Below are positions 1 through 13,345 of a stretch of DNA of 64,000 nt, piece after piece. A model generated the notes under the pieces. The model was not told the DNA's origin, did no database searches, and saw only the letters and a list, made by a program, of their open reading frames with translations. The translations under genes were made by a program, and so were the position numbers. The stretch covers positions 1,462,579 to 1,526,578 of the forward strand of contig ML996688.1 in assembly GCA_010356995.1 (NCBI GenBank). Direction: 5' to 3'. This DNA is from Trichodelitschia bisporula. Taxonomy: Eukaryota. Each line of letters opens with the position of its first letter. Position 1 is the stretch's first letter.

Positions 1-1063
1 CATTCTTTGCATGAGTGGCATACTCCTTCCAGCGGTTCTCGCAGTATGGCGATTTGAGGTAAAGGTGGTTATGAAGCTCTTCCCGGAGAATGTCGCCCAA
101 AGAATGCTCCTGGTTGCTCAGGTAAACCTTCAGATCCCCTAACGCCCCAATCTTGTCCATCTCCGCCTTACGAATAGACAGCAGCGCATCCTGGAGCAAC
201 TCAACCGCGCTGAGAAAGCGCTTCTCGGAGATGCGCGCCTCCAACTTCTCAGGAATGCCCTGAAGATTCTCACTGCCACTTATTAGCTCTCATCCATGCC
301 CACATCCGCCGCCTTGCACTCACATCGCCGCCAGTACCTGCAACATATCATCATAATTCCTCGACGAAACCGCCAACTCCTGCAACTCCGGCTTCGACGC
401 CGCAAGTGCCGTCTTCGCCTGCCCCAGCCCCGCCCTCAACGCCCTCAGCCTAACCTGACTCATCTGAATCGCAGCCTGAATACTATGAAATGTGCCAATC
501 GACGAATTAAACCCCTGATGATGCTCATTAACAATCACCCTCAACGCACTCTGCAACTCCCTCTGCCTTGCGCGGAAACCCTCATACCGTCCCGCCAGCC
601 CAAGCGAGCTCTCATCCAGCAACTGCAGTGCAACCTGCACCGGCACGCACTCCTCCCCCGTCATAACCCCCCACTCGTGCTGGATATCCCGAATCACAGC
701 CTCCATCTGCTTGCTCCCATCGCCGGCACCCCCGGCTCCACGCCTCGTCGGACTCCGCTGCGCCAATCCCGCGCCCGTACTCCGCCTCTTCGCCTGCGAC
801 CGCTCCAGACTCGTCGGCCGTGTCACAGCAGCCACAGCACTATTCCCAGCCACGCTGCGCGGCTCACCGCGCGGATCGCTCCGCGCATCGTCGGCGTACC
901 CAGCATAGGAATCGGCACCATACCCGCCGGCGCGGCGCTCGCGGGGGCGGAAGGCGGGGCGGGATGTGCTGGGTTCGTCGGGTTGCGGGGTGTAGCCGTT
1001 TGTGTAGGAGGGGCCGTAGGCGGGGGTTGAGCCGGTGCGGAGGGAGTCGGGGAGGCGGGACAT
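1..1063 (-). CDS. SEC8: Exocyst subunit Sec8, N-terminal part (gene continues beyond the window start)
   Basis: ORF 320..1063 contains CVPVQVALQLLDESSLG and IVNEHHQGFNSSIGTF. Intron 273-323 (GTGAG...CAG) restores the frame into IENLQGIPEKLEARISEKRFL. Confidence 0.92.
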
Positions 1064-1767
1064 TGTTGTGGTGTTATGTGTGGTTTAGAGGGTGGGGTAC
1101 ATTGCGGTTTGGGGTGGTTTGCGGATGGTGAGGGCGGGTTGGGGGTGGGATTGTGCGAGGATCGAGGTTGCAGGACAGTGCTGTGCTCGTGGCGGAGCGG
1201 ATGAGTTGACGTTCCGCGCCTGGTGGAGAGCTATCGACTTTCGAGGTAAGGTCGTATCACGTGACCGCGCGTATGCAGCGCTGCTGAAATGCAACCGCCT
1301 CGCTTTCGACAACAGCTCGAAGAAAGTGGAGTGGATCATTTCTTAATGGAATTAGTGCATGCACTGGAATCAAGGTGCACTGGAATCAAATCATCATCAG
1401 AAATACTCATGGTTATGTTCGCACATGTATATACATCGCGGCCCCACTCCCAACAGCAGCAGTAGAACAGTGTATAGACACCACGCCTCCGACCACACCA
1501 ACTACAATGCACAGATCCATATCACCACAGCCACCAGGTATCCACAACAGCAAGCTAGGCATGGAACAACGGTCAGACTCCCAACTCCCGAAATGCCACA
1601 CGCTCGCAACAAACAGCGCTATCCGAGCATCGCACCCATCGAAAGCAACACACAAGCTCAACAGCTATGATAAACGCCAGTCCATGAGTCCGCCTATACA
1701 TCGTCAAACAAAGCGTCCAAAGTACATATGTACAGACAGGCATCCAGGGAACCGTCGCAGGTCAGTC

Positions 1768-4707
1768 CTAAAGGATAGATAACAACCGGCCTAAAGCCCG
1801 GTCATCGTCCTCCCCGGCATCACGCATTCCGTCCTCCTGGCCAGCCCCTCCCTCATCCGCACTCTCATCCCAAGCAACTTCCTCCATGAGGTCCCGCGCC
1901 TGTCCCCGGTGTCCACTGGGTGTAGCAGGACCACTCTGCGTCTGCCTCAATGGCACTTCAACGCCCAAATCATCCGATTCCACACTAGCCTCTTCTCCCA
2001 TTCTCTTCCGAAACCTCGGCACCGGACTCGGACTCGGGCTCGGACTAATCGGCACCCCTTTGGCGGGTGTGGGCGGCTGAAACGAAATCGCCGGCATATC
2101 CTCGCCCGAAGCCCGCGCTGGCGATGTCATAAGCAGTGTCGACTCATCATGATCTCCATCCGCCTCATCACACTCCACATCTCCGTCGTCGCCCGAGCTC
2201 ATTCCCCGCACATGGCTCCGAAAGGCACGCCGCCCCTCCGGGCCAGGGCTAGGGCTTGCACTCAGTGTAGGACTAGGCGAGTCACCGCGGCTTTCTGGCA
2301 AAACGGCGGGACTGTCCGGGGGACTGAGCTCGAGGGCGTGACGAAGCAGGCTTTGAGCGTGCTTCGAAATAGCGCGAGGGTCCAGGAGTAGCGGAAGCGG
2401 GAGGTCCGCCTGTGTGGTAGCCACCGAACGTGCAAAAAGTACGAGACCAAGGCACAGCAGCAGCAGAGTTGACTGGACCACGATGACGCGCTTCTGGAAC
2501 ACAAGTTCATCGGCCACGAGTGTAAGGCGCGAGGAGATAGCGGCCATTTCGCGGGCTTGAAGCTCGCGGTGAGATTCCAGCGCCGAGACGGTGAATTGCC
2601 AGAGCTGGTCATACTGCATACGAAAGGAGTGTAGCTCAGCAGTGACGGTGGTGTTGAGAGTACTCAGGAAAGAGCTGGTCTTCGCCGCCTGTCGCTTCTC
2701 AACTTGCGTAAAAGCGTCACGCAAGATGCGAGATTGAGCCTCGATGTACTGCAGGGAGAGTGTGCTGTTGGCCTCGAGGGCTTGAAGGCGTTTATGTACA
2801 GATTTGAAGAAGGATTCCTGGGTCGACGGACTCGCGGCAGGGGGGTTCTGGTGAGTCGATGATGAGGGTGGCTTCGGAAAGTCGGCGATATCCTTTGCTT
2901 CCTTGGTGCTTTTCTGCGCCTGGTCTGGAGTAGGTGTAGACGGGGATGGGGCGTTGTTCGTTACCGAAGACAATTTACGCTCCGAAGACTGACTAGACGG
3001 CGACTTCGAAATAGCCATCGATCCGTTCCCGCTGCTATCTGAGCCTTGTGGCGGTAAAGCCTTGTTCAGATCAGGCTGCGAAGTGCTTTTCGGATACGGA
3101 TGCTCGATGGGAACAGCAGAGATGTCGCTCACACTTGACACCGGCTCAGGTACCTCCTTGGAACTGCTCTCCCGGCTCTGTGAAGCGACTGCCGGGTTGC
3201 TAGAGGTGGTGCTGGCGTTACCTTTCGACTCCTGATTGCTGGCTGCGAGGCCTTGCGTATCTGCGCTTTCGGTGACGTTCCTCGTGGCAGCCTTATCGTC
3301 GGCAGACACACTAGTATTGGCGGTCACGGTCTCAGAAATAGCCTTGGGTGCCTCGATGCTCGGCTCCGCAGTCTCGACGGGCGTTTGAACCTGTGTGCTA
3401 ACCTCGGCATTCTTCTGCACCTCCACAGTCTCGGCCACCTCCTCCGCTTCTTCTTCTCCCCTATTCGTCGCCTCCTCTGCCCGAAATTCTTCCATCATCG
3501 TCGTGCCATGGACACGCAGCAAGCTAACCGGGCAGTAAAATTCGTTCCCATAGTGCGTCAAGAAGTCAATCTTGAGATAGCGTGCCCAGATCAACGGCTC
3601 TACCACCGCAAATGCCTGAATGCCGCGCTCGTTGCGCGCTTCGAAAATCCCTAGATCGCGCCAGCCAGCCTGCCGCGGCGGATAGCGGTCTGACACACTA
3701 ACGCGAAAGGTACGGAACATGGAGCTAAAGAACTCATAGTTGGCCAGGACAACAGTGTCAACCAGAATATCGTCGCACAACTCGATGATGACATGCTTGT
3801 TGTCGGCGGAGCACTCGTTGAGCAGATACGTGTCCTTGTTCTCCACCAGGATAGACGACGTTGACTTGGCCTCATTGTTGGATTTGAGCACAGTCGCCGC
3901 ACAGTCGAACGAGGCGTAGTTGAACCGTTCCTTGCAAGTCTTGCCCGCATCCTTGCGTAGCGTCTTCCCAGGCACAGCAGGTTTGCCATCCGCCGGCGCC
4001 TCCTGCTTCTGTGCGATCGTATTCCAGCGAGTTGGTTCACTCGAGCTGCTCCCACCGAATCCGCCGAAGTCGAGATCAATCTCTGCATCGTCCCCCAAGG
4101 AGTCCAAGGCATTGTTCGGCGGTGCCATACGTCGCGGGCGGTCCGCAGGTCGCGCCTGGCCCACTGCGTCGAGGGACTGCCCCGCCCGCGCGAGGTTCTG
4201 CTTCTTCCATTCCTCGAAGGAGAGAAAGTTGGCTGTATCGAGCGGGGATTCAGGGTCAAGATCGTCGGTCGAGGATGGCGGGGCGTGTTCGGGCGCCGGG
4301 GGTGTGATGACAATGACCGTGGTAGTGTCGCTGGTAGTCACATCGATGGAGAGTATGACAGCGCTATTATCTCCGTACAGTGCTGTAGAAGCCTCTGCCT
4401 CCTCCGCCGCAGAGCCATTGTCCTCTTGTCCATTGCCTGTCCATGTCTTTCTTAAACACTGCTGGGGAAGGCCGTGCGTAATGTAGTTCACCGTCGTGGC
4501 GGGACAGGTCAACGGTGCTCCGTGTCTAAGGGTCGAAGCCGTTGGTAACGTGGTCGCTGACGTCAAAGGAAGCGACGTTGCCGTTATCGCAGTGGTTGTG
4601 CCTGGTACGCCTTCATCGCCGGCCACGGCAGCGCCCCAGTTGAGCAGCAGGAACGTGGCAAGCCCACGCCGGACACGATCGTCGCGCGAGCCCCACATGC
4701 CGCGCAT
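1768..4707 (-). CDS. SLP1: Mid-SUN (Sad1/UNC-like) domain ER membrane protein, Slp1/SUCO family
   Basis: 979-aa intronless ORF with a hydrophobic N-terminus, FLSFEEWKK, RFNYASFDCAATVL, LANYEFFSS, HYGNEFYCPVSLLRVHGTTM, a coiled coil (ESFFKSVHKRLQALEANSTLS) and a TM helix. Confidence 0.92.
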   Translation of the reverse strand: MRGMWGSRDDRVRRGLATFLLLNWGAAVAGDEGVPGTTTAITATSLPLTSATTLPTASTLRHGAPLTCPATTVNYITHGLPQQCLRKTWTGNGQEDNGSAAEEAEASTALYGDNSAVILSIDVTTSDTTTVIVITPPAPEHAPPSSTDDLDPESPLDTANFLSFEEWKKQNLARAGQSLDAVGQARPADRPRRMAPPNNALDSLGDDAEIDLDFGGFGGSSSSEPTRWNTIAQKQEAPADGKPAVPGKTLRKDAGKTCKERFNYASFDCAATVLKSNNEAKSTSSILVENKDTYLLNECSADNKHVIIELCDDILVDTVVLANYEFFSSMFRTFRVSVSDRYPPRQAGWRDLGIFEARNERGIQAFAVVEPLIWARYLKIDFLTHYGNEFYCPVSLLRVHGTTMMEEFRAEEATNRGEEEAEEVAETVEVQKNAEVSTQVQTPVETAEPSIEAPKAISETVTANTSVSADDKAATRNVTESADTQGLAASNQESKGNASTTSSNPAVASQSRESSSKEVPEPVSSVSDISAVPIEHPYPKSTSQPDLNKALPPQGSDSSGNGSMAISKSPSSQSSERKLSSVTNNAPSPSTPTPDQAQKSTKEAKDIADFPKPPSSSTHQNPPAASPSTQESFFKSVHKRLQALEANSTLSLQYIEAQSRILRDAFTQVEKRQAAKTSSFLSTLNTTVTAELHSFRMQYDQLWQFTVSALESHRELQAREMAAISSRLTLVADELVFQKRVIVVQSTLLLLCLGLVLFARSVATTQADLPLPLLLDPRAISKHAQSLLRHALELSPPDSPAVLPESRGDSPSPTLSASPSPGPEGRRAFRSHVRGMSSGDDGDVECDEADGDHDESTLLMTSPARASGEDMPAISFQPPTPAKGVPISPSPSPSPVPRFRKRMGEEASVESDDLGVEVPLRQTQSGPATPSGHRGQARDLMEEVAWDESADEGGAGQEDGMRDAGEDDDRALGRLLSIL

Positions 4708-6063
4708 ACATTGTCAATTCGCCACGAGGCGAGGGAGAGTGAGTATTTCAGTGCGGGTTGTGGGTTGCGATAGAGGTTGCAGAGGGTGCGCTTGAGGTGG
4801 ATACTCGTAGGGCGAGCCAAGGTGAGGAGGCGGTGGACGGGGACGGTGAGAGATACGGCTAGATATGCAATGGAAGACCTGTGAAGTCACGGTCCGACGG
4901 TCACAGATGATGACAAGAAGTCGGGTGCTCCAAGTGTACAAGGCGCAAGGTGTCCTATCGTTTGGGCGTGATTGATGTGACAAGGAAGAGTGAAGAAAAG
5001 AAGGAGGCTCTTGTGGCCCTTTGGAGGGCATGGGGGGGGTTGGCTCTGTCAATCTCACTCACTCGGCAACACGGCGACAATCCCAGCACGTTGCGACACA
5101 CATGAACATGCAAGGACTGGGGCTAATTGGAGGAGATGGAAGTCCGTACTGTGGAACTAGAACTATTAGACTGGCGATGGAGATACTTATTTTTCTCTTG
5201 CGACACTATTTTCACACTTACTACACTCTGGTCTGTTTAGGTAGGACGGGATATCGAATGACGAATTGACAGATTGGAGACTAGACTTCTTTCATGCAAC
5301 TAGCAGCTGCGTGAACGGTGGAGTCTGCTACCGTTGGTCTCAGAAAGGGACCCTGTGCATGTTGCTGCAATGCAACTCGGGTACAGTGACAGGCAAGGCC
5401 CCAAACTGTCTAATGTCCACGAGAGTCCACCGCTATGTTGCCTTGTTGGCCTTCAGCTGTTTGCCGATAAGGAAAACTGTCAAAATGGGATGCTTGGGCA
5501 AGTTCGAGAAGCTTCACACACGCCTTACAGCAATAATCGGTTCTTTGATTGATGCCGTCAATCTTCAATCTTGCCGTATCAACGAAACGTCAAGCCTGGG
5601 ACCAAGGCATTTCCGTCATATGACCCATGAACCCCTCTATCCCCTCCCTCGGAGGCTAGATGTCCTGATCGCTTAGGGATATCTATCATGATAATCGCGC
5701 CATCAAGCTTTCTACTCTTTGAAGACTTGTTTCAACGTATATTCGTGAAAGCTCAAACATTCGAAGAGGCTACGAACGAGAGAGACCGAAAAATCGAAAT
5801 CCAAAAAAAAACTCTTTCAGTGCTAGCCGCCCATATCTCCATCTACAAAGCTCAGGGCTATCCACCCATACCGGAAGAAACACCAAAAACGCCATGCAAA
5901 TCGTGAAGAAATGCGATGCCAACAACATGAGTCGTAGAAAGTAAATTCGTAAGCCATGAGGGCCGCTTCAGCCACACGTGCAGATATCTTGCAGATAGGG
6001 TGCAACCGCAGGTGATATATAGCTGGAGCCAGGCCAACTCCACCCTGACTGCGTGGCTGGGTG

Positions 6064-7692
6064 TCAGAAGCCCTCGTCACCCGCCCGACAGACCTTGATG
6101 TCCTTGACCCACTCGGACTGCAGCACTTGGTGCGCGGTCAGGCGACGGGTGGGGTTCGGGTCGAGGATGGAGTAAACGACATTTCTACATTGTCTCTGTG
6201 ACTTGCCATTAGTATCCTGTACCGATTAATCGGAGCTTCGGTTGTAGCCGCAAGGGAGGCTTACCCGACGCAAGACCTCAATGGGCCGGAACCCGCTCTC
6301 CTCCTTGCGGTCCTCGAGGTAGCGTGTGAAGAATTCGTCCTCGTCCTTCTGCGCGACGCGCCACAGATGCCGCCCGGTGCGCATCGCCATGTAGATGATG
6401 CCGCAGGCCCAAACATCCACGGCGCGGGGGTCAAACTCCCGCTCGACATACTCCTCTGGCGCGATATAAGGCGCGCTACCGCAGAGGCCAGCAGTCATGT
6501 GAGCCTCGCGCTCCCAAGCCATACGGAAGCATTCGCCATTGCCGAAGTCGGTAATCTTGATGGCGCCATGCTGGGTGAGCAGCAGGTTCTCCGGCTTGAG
6601 ATCGCGATGAGCGACACCCATTTCATGCATATATTCGACACCGCGCATGAGCTGCTTGAAGAAGCAGTCGGCCTCAAGGACCTCGAGCGTCCCGGCTGCA
6701 AGGATGAGTGTATACAGGTCGCCGCCGGCGCAGTACTCCATGACCTCGCAGTAGTCACCCTTGTCGTCCTGGAGCAGATCAAGTGTATGGATAACATTCG
6801 GATGCTGCATCGACGAGCTGAGGCAGAACTCGGAGGTCAGGCGCTTCTGATACTTCTTGGCCGATTCGCCGGGCCGCTGGCGGAATTCCTTGACGGCGAA
6901 GAGCTGCTCGCGCCGAGGATCCTTTGCATCGGTCTTGTGCGCCACCCGAACGATACCGAACGCCCCGTGCCCGACAATCTCTTGACACTTTCCGTACTTT
7001 TCAACCAGCGTCATCGACTGGCCGGGGCCTCCCTTCGGGTCTGGATGCGCCTTCGTCTCCATGCGCTTTTGCGAAACCCAGTCGGCCACCAGCGTCAAGG
7101 GCGCGGGACCATCGTGCTCGGCTGGAGCGCCGTTGGTGGGAGTGGCACCAACAGCGGGTGGGCCTTCTTTCTTCACCTGCCAGATGCCGCGCAGCATATC
7201 ACGTAGCTTCTGGTTGCGACGCGTGACCTTGAGGTGATGTTCGTGGTCGCCATTAGGAGTAAGACAGAAGCGGCGCGCCTGCGCTTCCTCTGGCTTGGGG
7301 GCCCCGTTGCTGCTGCTGCCCGTGGTTGATGGCTGTCGCGAGGGCATCGGCGGCTTCGCTCCCACTGGCGCTGCGCTAGAGTCGCCAGAAACGGTAACAT
7401 CGCGCATCTTGTCGGTAAGCTTAGCGGCCTCAGCTTCGGTAGCCCGCTTGCCGCCACCCAGAAAACCAGTGAGGCGTGCGGTCATGGTCGGTTTGCGACT
7501 CGGTGGACGCGGCGCGTCTGAGTCGAATTTCACTTTGGTCGCACCATTCTGCTGAGGGGCAACAGTAGCTTTGCCGTCATCAGAGTGGACCGACGCCGAG
7601 GAGACCGACGCTGATGAGACGGGGGGCGATCTAAATGATGGTTCCGTGGGGTTTGGTGGCAATTTGAGAGACGCGGAAGGGGGCGCAGACAT
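6064..7692 (-). CDS. SAT4: HAL-family Ser/Thr kinase (Sat4/Hal4/Hal5-like, ion homeostasis)
   Basis: Motifs [62 protein letters not shown] at 7692. Intron 6196-6264 joins the last exon, which ends ...[10 protein letters not shown] at 6064. Confidence 0.9.
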
Positions 7693-10600
7693 GTCCGCCA
7701 AAAAAGGCGACGACAGACTTGAGGTAGTAGGAGCTTTCCCACAGAAGACAACCGTTAGCAAGCGAAACTGTAGAAAGTGGCGGGGTTGATATATATTGAT
7801 TTTTTTGGCGAGACCGCGCCAAAAGGCGGGGGCAATAAACGCCAGGGACAGTAAGGGTCATGACATACCTCTTATAGAAACGTGCTGGAACGCGTGAGAA
7901 GTGGTTTGCGGGCTCGTGACTGTTTGATTTCGAGCGCTGTGGTTGGAGAAGGCAAATAGGAGGTGCGACGAATAAAGGATCGAGCGGGGATGTAGAGCGT
8001 CGCTATTAGTGGCGGTAGGCTGGGGGAGAGACGCAGCGCTGTGAGTGTTTGGCGGACAGCAGACAGGATAGCAGGATTATATCCTGTGAAAGCGAGAGGC
8101 AAGATCCGTCTCGCGGCTGGGGCACAGCCCAGCTCGTGATGTTATTGAGCCTTCAAAACGGCGATAAAAGGAAGTCGGGCTTCTGCAGCGAGAAGCTCTG
8201 GAGTGAATGCCAGAGGTTCGCTGCGAAAGGGCGGACGGGAATGATATTTGTAATGCGGGCGGAGCGGATGCAACAGCTTTGGCAGAATGGTGGGTTTGGG
8301 GCAGGTTATGCGCGGTGACGGCGGGTTTGACCGTTGGCCACTGCCGCTGCTTGCTTTGGGAGGTCTGCTGAGAGAGAGCTTTGATGAGGTGCAGACGGAC
8401 GCTGCCGACGCAAAGGGCGAGCTGACAGAGCGATGACAGGCGGTGGTGGTGGGTGCTATGGAGTTCGCCCAGGATCGAAGGAAGATAAATGCGAAGAGTC
8501 CAATGTTGGTGTTGTTAGTGGAGCAGGTTGTCCTTCCGAAGCAAAAATTCCAGTGTGCCGTGGGTGAAGGAGGGATTTCGATGAGTATGTAGCGTGAGAA
8601 GTGTGAGAAAATAGAGAGAAAAAAAGGCTGTTGGCGTCAACCGACCAAGCGGTAGGCTACGCTGTGTGCGGCGTGCCGAAGGGTACAAGGCGAGGCAAGA
8701 GGGAGAAGAGGGTCCTGGGTTCGGGCGGCCGGCGGGGTAATATTATGTGGTGCGAACGGCAACGAGGAGTGTGTCAATACTGGCGTGTGTGTGTGTGGAA
8801 GAAAGAGTAGATGAAGGGGGATGAAAGGGTCCTTGTGTGGGACCAACTGCAGCAATGTACTGTAGTACTCCAACACTCGAATATCCTCAAATCCACATCG
8901 ATAGGTACTCGGGTTGGTGATCGAGTTGTTGGTGTACCGAGCCCACTGCCGTTTGTCTTCGTCAATGCTGGAAGGTTCAGATGGACTGGTCGGTTGGGTC
9001 TGTTTTGTTCGATCACAGTCTTGTCGGTGTCCTTAGTTCGAAGAGTAGCTGCCTCTGATACGAGCGCTGTCCCTTCTCCGTACCGAGTACGACGTTGATA
9101 TTTGTACGATCAAAGCGAGATGCAGAACGTGAATCAGGGAAGGAGAAGGAGAAGAAGCTATCGGGGATCGTGGACCTTTATGCGGGGACTTGAACAGTGA
9201 ATGGGCGAGGTGTTCATGCTGACATCGTCCTTCACTTCATCACCACATCAAAGGCCGGTGGGAGTACCTGAACGCAACAAGAACTGCTTCGATAAGATGG
9301 CAACACGATGGGCACGATGATGTTCAATCTGTCGAAGCCCAACACGCGCTCGATATTGCGGCTTGGATCCTTTCTGATCCGCTCGTTTTATCCCTCATTG
9401 ATGCAGTTGCCTGCCAATTCCACGACACACATGTTTCCCAGTTCCCAGCCTCAAAGCTTGCCAGCAAGTCCAGACAATCCTCGCCGACGTCGTCTCACTC
9501 GCCGGTCCGCCCAATGGCAGCATAGCAGCTGAAGCGGTAACATGGATAGTTCCGCCGTTTCGGAAACGAAAGCCACAACACGGTAAGACTTGGCCTGATG
9601 TCGGGTGTGAAGCGGTGTTTACTTCCCAAGCGAGGACGCTGCTCCCTCCGCGAACTGTTGCTGATTTCCAGGATACACCTGATGTGGCGATTTCGTCAAA
9701 AATGCATTTCCTTTCGCCTCAACTACCGCCTTGGAAGAGAAACGTTAGAAGCGTCAGATGACATATTTCGATTTTTCCGGACTGATGAGCAATATCCGAT
9801 CGCTTCTTTCCCCAACAACGGCCGCCAGGGGTGGAGGGAAGGAAGGCCGCGCTCGAGAAAATCATCGGGCCGGTGATGACAAACGACCATGCTTAGCCTT
9901 CAACGGGGGAGCAAGCCGGCAAAGGCAGGCGGAAGAACAAAGCAAGATGGACGCGCCGAGCGACAAGCTGCACGCTTCTGCGAGGCAGAGCGAGCGTGCA
10001 AGAATCGTCAGCCGCCAGAATTTGGCTGGCCAGTCGGCTAGAAGCGAAGTGTATGAAGCAGCAGCTACGGTACGCGGACACGGTACAGGTGTGAAGAAGA
10101 GGGGGCGCGATTAAATTCCTCTGCGGCGAGTCAACCTCGAAGCTGCTTGCTCACCCGCGCTGAGAGGAGCTGTCGATGCACTTCGGTGTCTTCATGGCCG
10201 GGGCAGTATCAGTAGCAGCGGCAACAGCGGCGGCGGTTAACAGCAGTCGTAAGCTACTGTACCGAGAGACAAAACTCCAATTTCCGGCATCGCGACCCGT
10301 CTCCCGGATGGCACTGAGAGTGGTGGCCAATTTGAGCCCTGTATTCGCGTATAGAATAGCCTGTCGCATCCCAGTCCGCGAGCGCTGGCAACGACCAAAG
10401 GGGGCTGATGGTTTGGGCCCGAAGCCCAACGTCACCTCAATTCAGTCGTTCAGAACTGGCGCCGGGCATTTTGCGTGGCCGGGTGTCAATCCGGCGGACG
10501 ACGAGCATGTGGCCCAAGGCGGGCATCAAGCGATCACCGCTGAAGTTGTTTGATGTCAGACCGATACGTCCCCACCCTGGGAGAACCCGGCTTTGGTACC

Positions 10601-13345
10601 GCAAACCACACAACACCCACCGAATATCCCCAGATAGCCGATCAAAACTGCAACACCTGGCCGATCCACTCAAGAGCAAGGATATCATTTTGAGGGGCTT
10701 GCTTGCCGCTGTTTGCAGGGAAAAGGCGACATCTGCTTGTTGCCGCACGAGCTCCTCATCCTCCCTCATCCTTCTCTCAACCCCGCTCCAGCCAATGTCA
10801 GCTCGAGCTTTCAGAGCATGCCCGCCCCGCCCCGCCCCGCCCTCGCGGCCAGGCCATGTCCGGGAGTGCAACACATGTACTGCACATGTATTCTGCATGT
10901 ACCCTCTACGCCGTACCGTAGTATGTACAAGTATAATGCTCAATGCTGATCGCACAGCTCTATCTCTGCAAGCTGACACGTCCCCTCCCGTGCAGAGGAA
11001 CAACCTTCCGAGTTCGCCCTCACGACCGAGCATGCGGCGACGTGGCGGGTATCTGCATGTCTCATCTCTCCTTCTGCCGAAGCGGGTAGTGTAGGATGGA
11101 GGATGCAGGATAGGGCCGACCCGACTGCATGAGTATCTGAGAGATATTGTGATGCTGGAGTACCACATACCCGGCCCACAGACCGCAGTATCTAGCCTCC
11201 GTAACATGTGCTGCGCAGGTCCAGAGGTACAGTATGTCCAAGAGAATCGGAAACCAAACCACGAAGGGCCATAGGCTCGTTGCGTAGCTCATTCCGACGT
11301 CGACATCGACGTCGCACTGCCATGCCGCCACATCGGCTACACTTCCACCAATTGCTCGGCCCCTCATATCATACATAAATCGGAAATACAGCCAGCGACG
11401 AACGGAAATCAGTTCAGGGCCGGCTCGCATCATTTTTGGTGTCTGCTTGCGACATGGAGCCTGGGAGGGTCAATAGCTGCAGCTTTGCTCATGGCGCAAA
11501 ATACTCCCGTATCGTCGGATGCTAGTTACGTCAGGCTATCCGCCTTGGGTAGCGCGCAATGATGTTCCCGGTGACGGATGGAAGCATTATCTCTTGCCCC
11601 TCGAACAATGCCCGAACAATTCTCGGAACAACATCCAAGCCAAACGATTGCACCGTCTTCAATCACCGTCATTCCTCAATCGTCTCTATCCATCCCAACA
11701 TTGCTCCTTCCTCCCTCCCTTGCCAGGATTCAACCGCTGCCAACCACCCCCTCGGCTCAATCATGCACCAGCAATGCACGACGCAACCCCCGGCAGCAGC
11801 TGCAGCATGGAAGCGCACGCATGCATGCTGTCTCCGCAGCTCCGCGAGCTGCTATTCCACAGCTTCTCCGGGCATGGCATCAAGCTAAGTGCTGCGTTCC
11901 TTGATGCGTGAGGTAAAGTTCCGCTCCAAGACTGCACTTTACGGTAGGCAGGCGATGCTGCTTGGCGGGTTGTCAGTACGGTAAGGCGGTTGAGAGAGGG
12001 AACGACGGTACTGAGAAATTCAGTATCGGAGCTGGCCGAAGGTCAGTTGTATGGTCGGTATGTACCCCTCGAGTACCATTTGCGTACCTCTGCTCCGTTG
12101 TCCCGTCCTGCTGCTCTCTCACCGCATATATCAACACCAAGCAGCCTCCCGCACCGAGCATATTCCGGACGCAAGACGACCATTTCAACCCGACTCGTCC
12201 GTCGATCGTCCAAGACGTGGAATCTCTCATCCTTTGGACATCAAATCGCGCAAACGTCGAGTCGGGCCAAAAACAACGAGCCTGAAACCGCCTGGCTCTC
12301 CGAATCCGGGGAGTTACGACACCAGCATGGGCCAGCCAGCCTAGCCTCCCCTCTCACGCCAACATCCCAACAACTCCCACAATTACCTGCTCCAAGCCTC
12401 AATTTCCAGCTCACGATCTAGACGCAATTAAACACCCCTCTCACGACTCTAGACCAAATCACGCAATGCCCTCCTCGCCCTCACTAGCACTGTTCCCCGC
12501 GTTCGAACCCAACTCAGATCCCCCGCAGCCGCCCAGATCCCCACCATTCCCCGCACCACCACAATACGGCCGTGCTGCCCTATCTGACCACACTATCTCC
12601 ACTCATGGGTGCACAAGCTCCCAAACGTCCCCTCACCTCACCCTCTCTCAGTCCCCCCACCATCACCGATCATCCCAACAAGCTTCTTCCCGCGCCATCC
12701 CTAAAGCTTAGCAGCGCCCCAAATCTCATATCCACACCACCTCCCTAACCCATCCCCTCCCTTCGCAAAAATACCGCACTCCCCGGCCCTGACCGCCGCC
12801 GACAACGTGCAACCACGCCGCATGCTGGACGGCCAGGAGCAGGCGCTCCGCTCATCTCCCCACGACCTATTCCGACACCCAGTGCTGCGGCTCCGTATCG
12901 TCTGACGACGTCGCCGCCATAGCCGCATGCGCCCTTTGATGGGCCTTGCTCGTGGTGAGCGCGCCAGTTGAGGGTTGGCGACATATCCGGTGATATTTGT
13001 GGCTTGCTAGACTGATTCCTCTTTTCTTCCTTTCTTCTTCTTGATAGACTATGCTGGTGGTAGAAATTGATCTGCCTACGCAGTCCCACCCCCAAGTACA
13101 GTACACATCGCAAGAAGCGTGAACGCATGTGTCGTCGTTCCATGCATAGGGAATACTCTCAGTATCACCTTCAGCGGAGAAAGGAAGCAAAGAGGATAGA
13201 GATCTTCCTGAGATATCCGTATCAACAGAGTACAAGTGCCTTGCACTCTCTCTTCTCCCTCTGACCCCGCCAAAAACTCCGTGTTCATGGTGTCATGTTA
13301 GTGCATAGCGCCCGCCCTTCTGTGTATCCTTTTTTGTAGAAGTCC

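Noticed and set aside
10437..11207. 256-aa and 228-aa overlapping ORFs in the long intergenic region
   Set aside because: Arg/Cys-rich, random-like composition, no codon bias and no domain motifs.
7700..13345. Several GCCARG (PacC) sites upstream of SAT4
   Set aside because: About nine sites in 5.6 kb is close to the rough chance expectation for a degenerate 6-mer on both strands.
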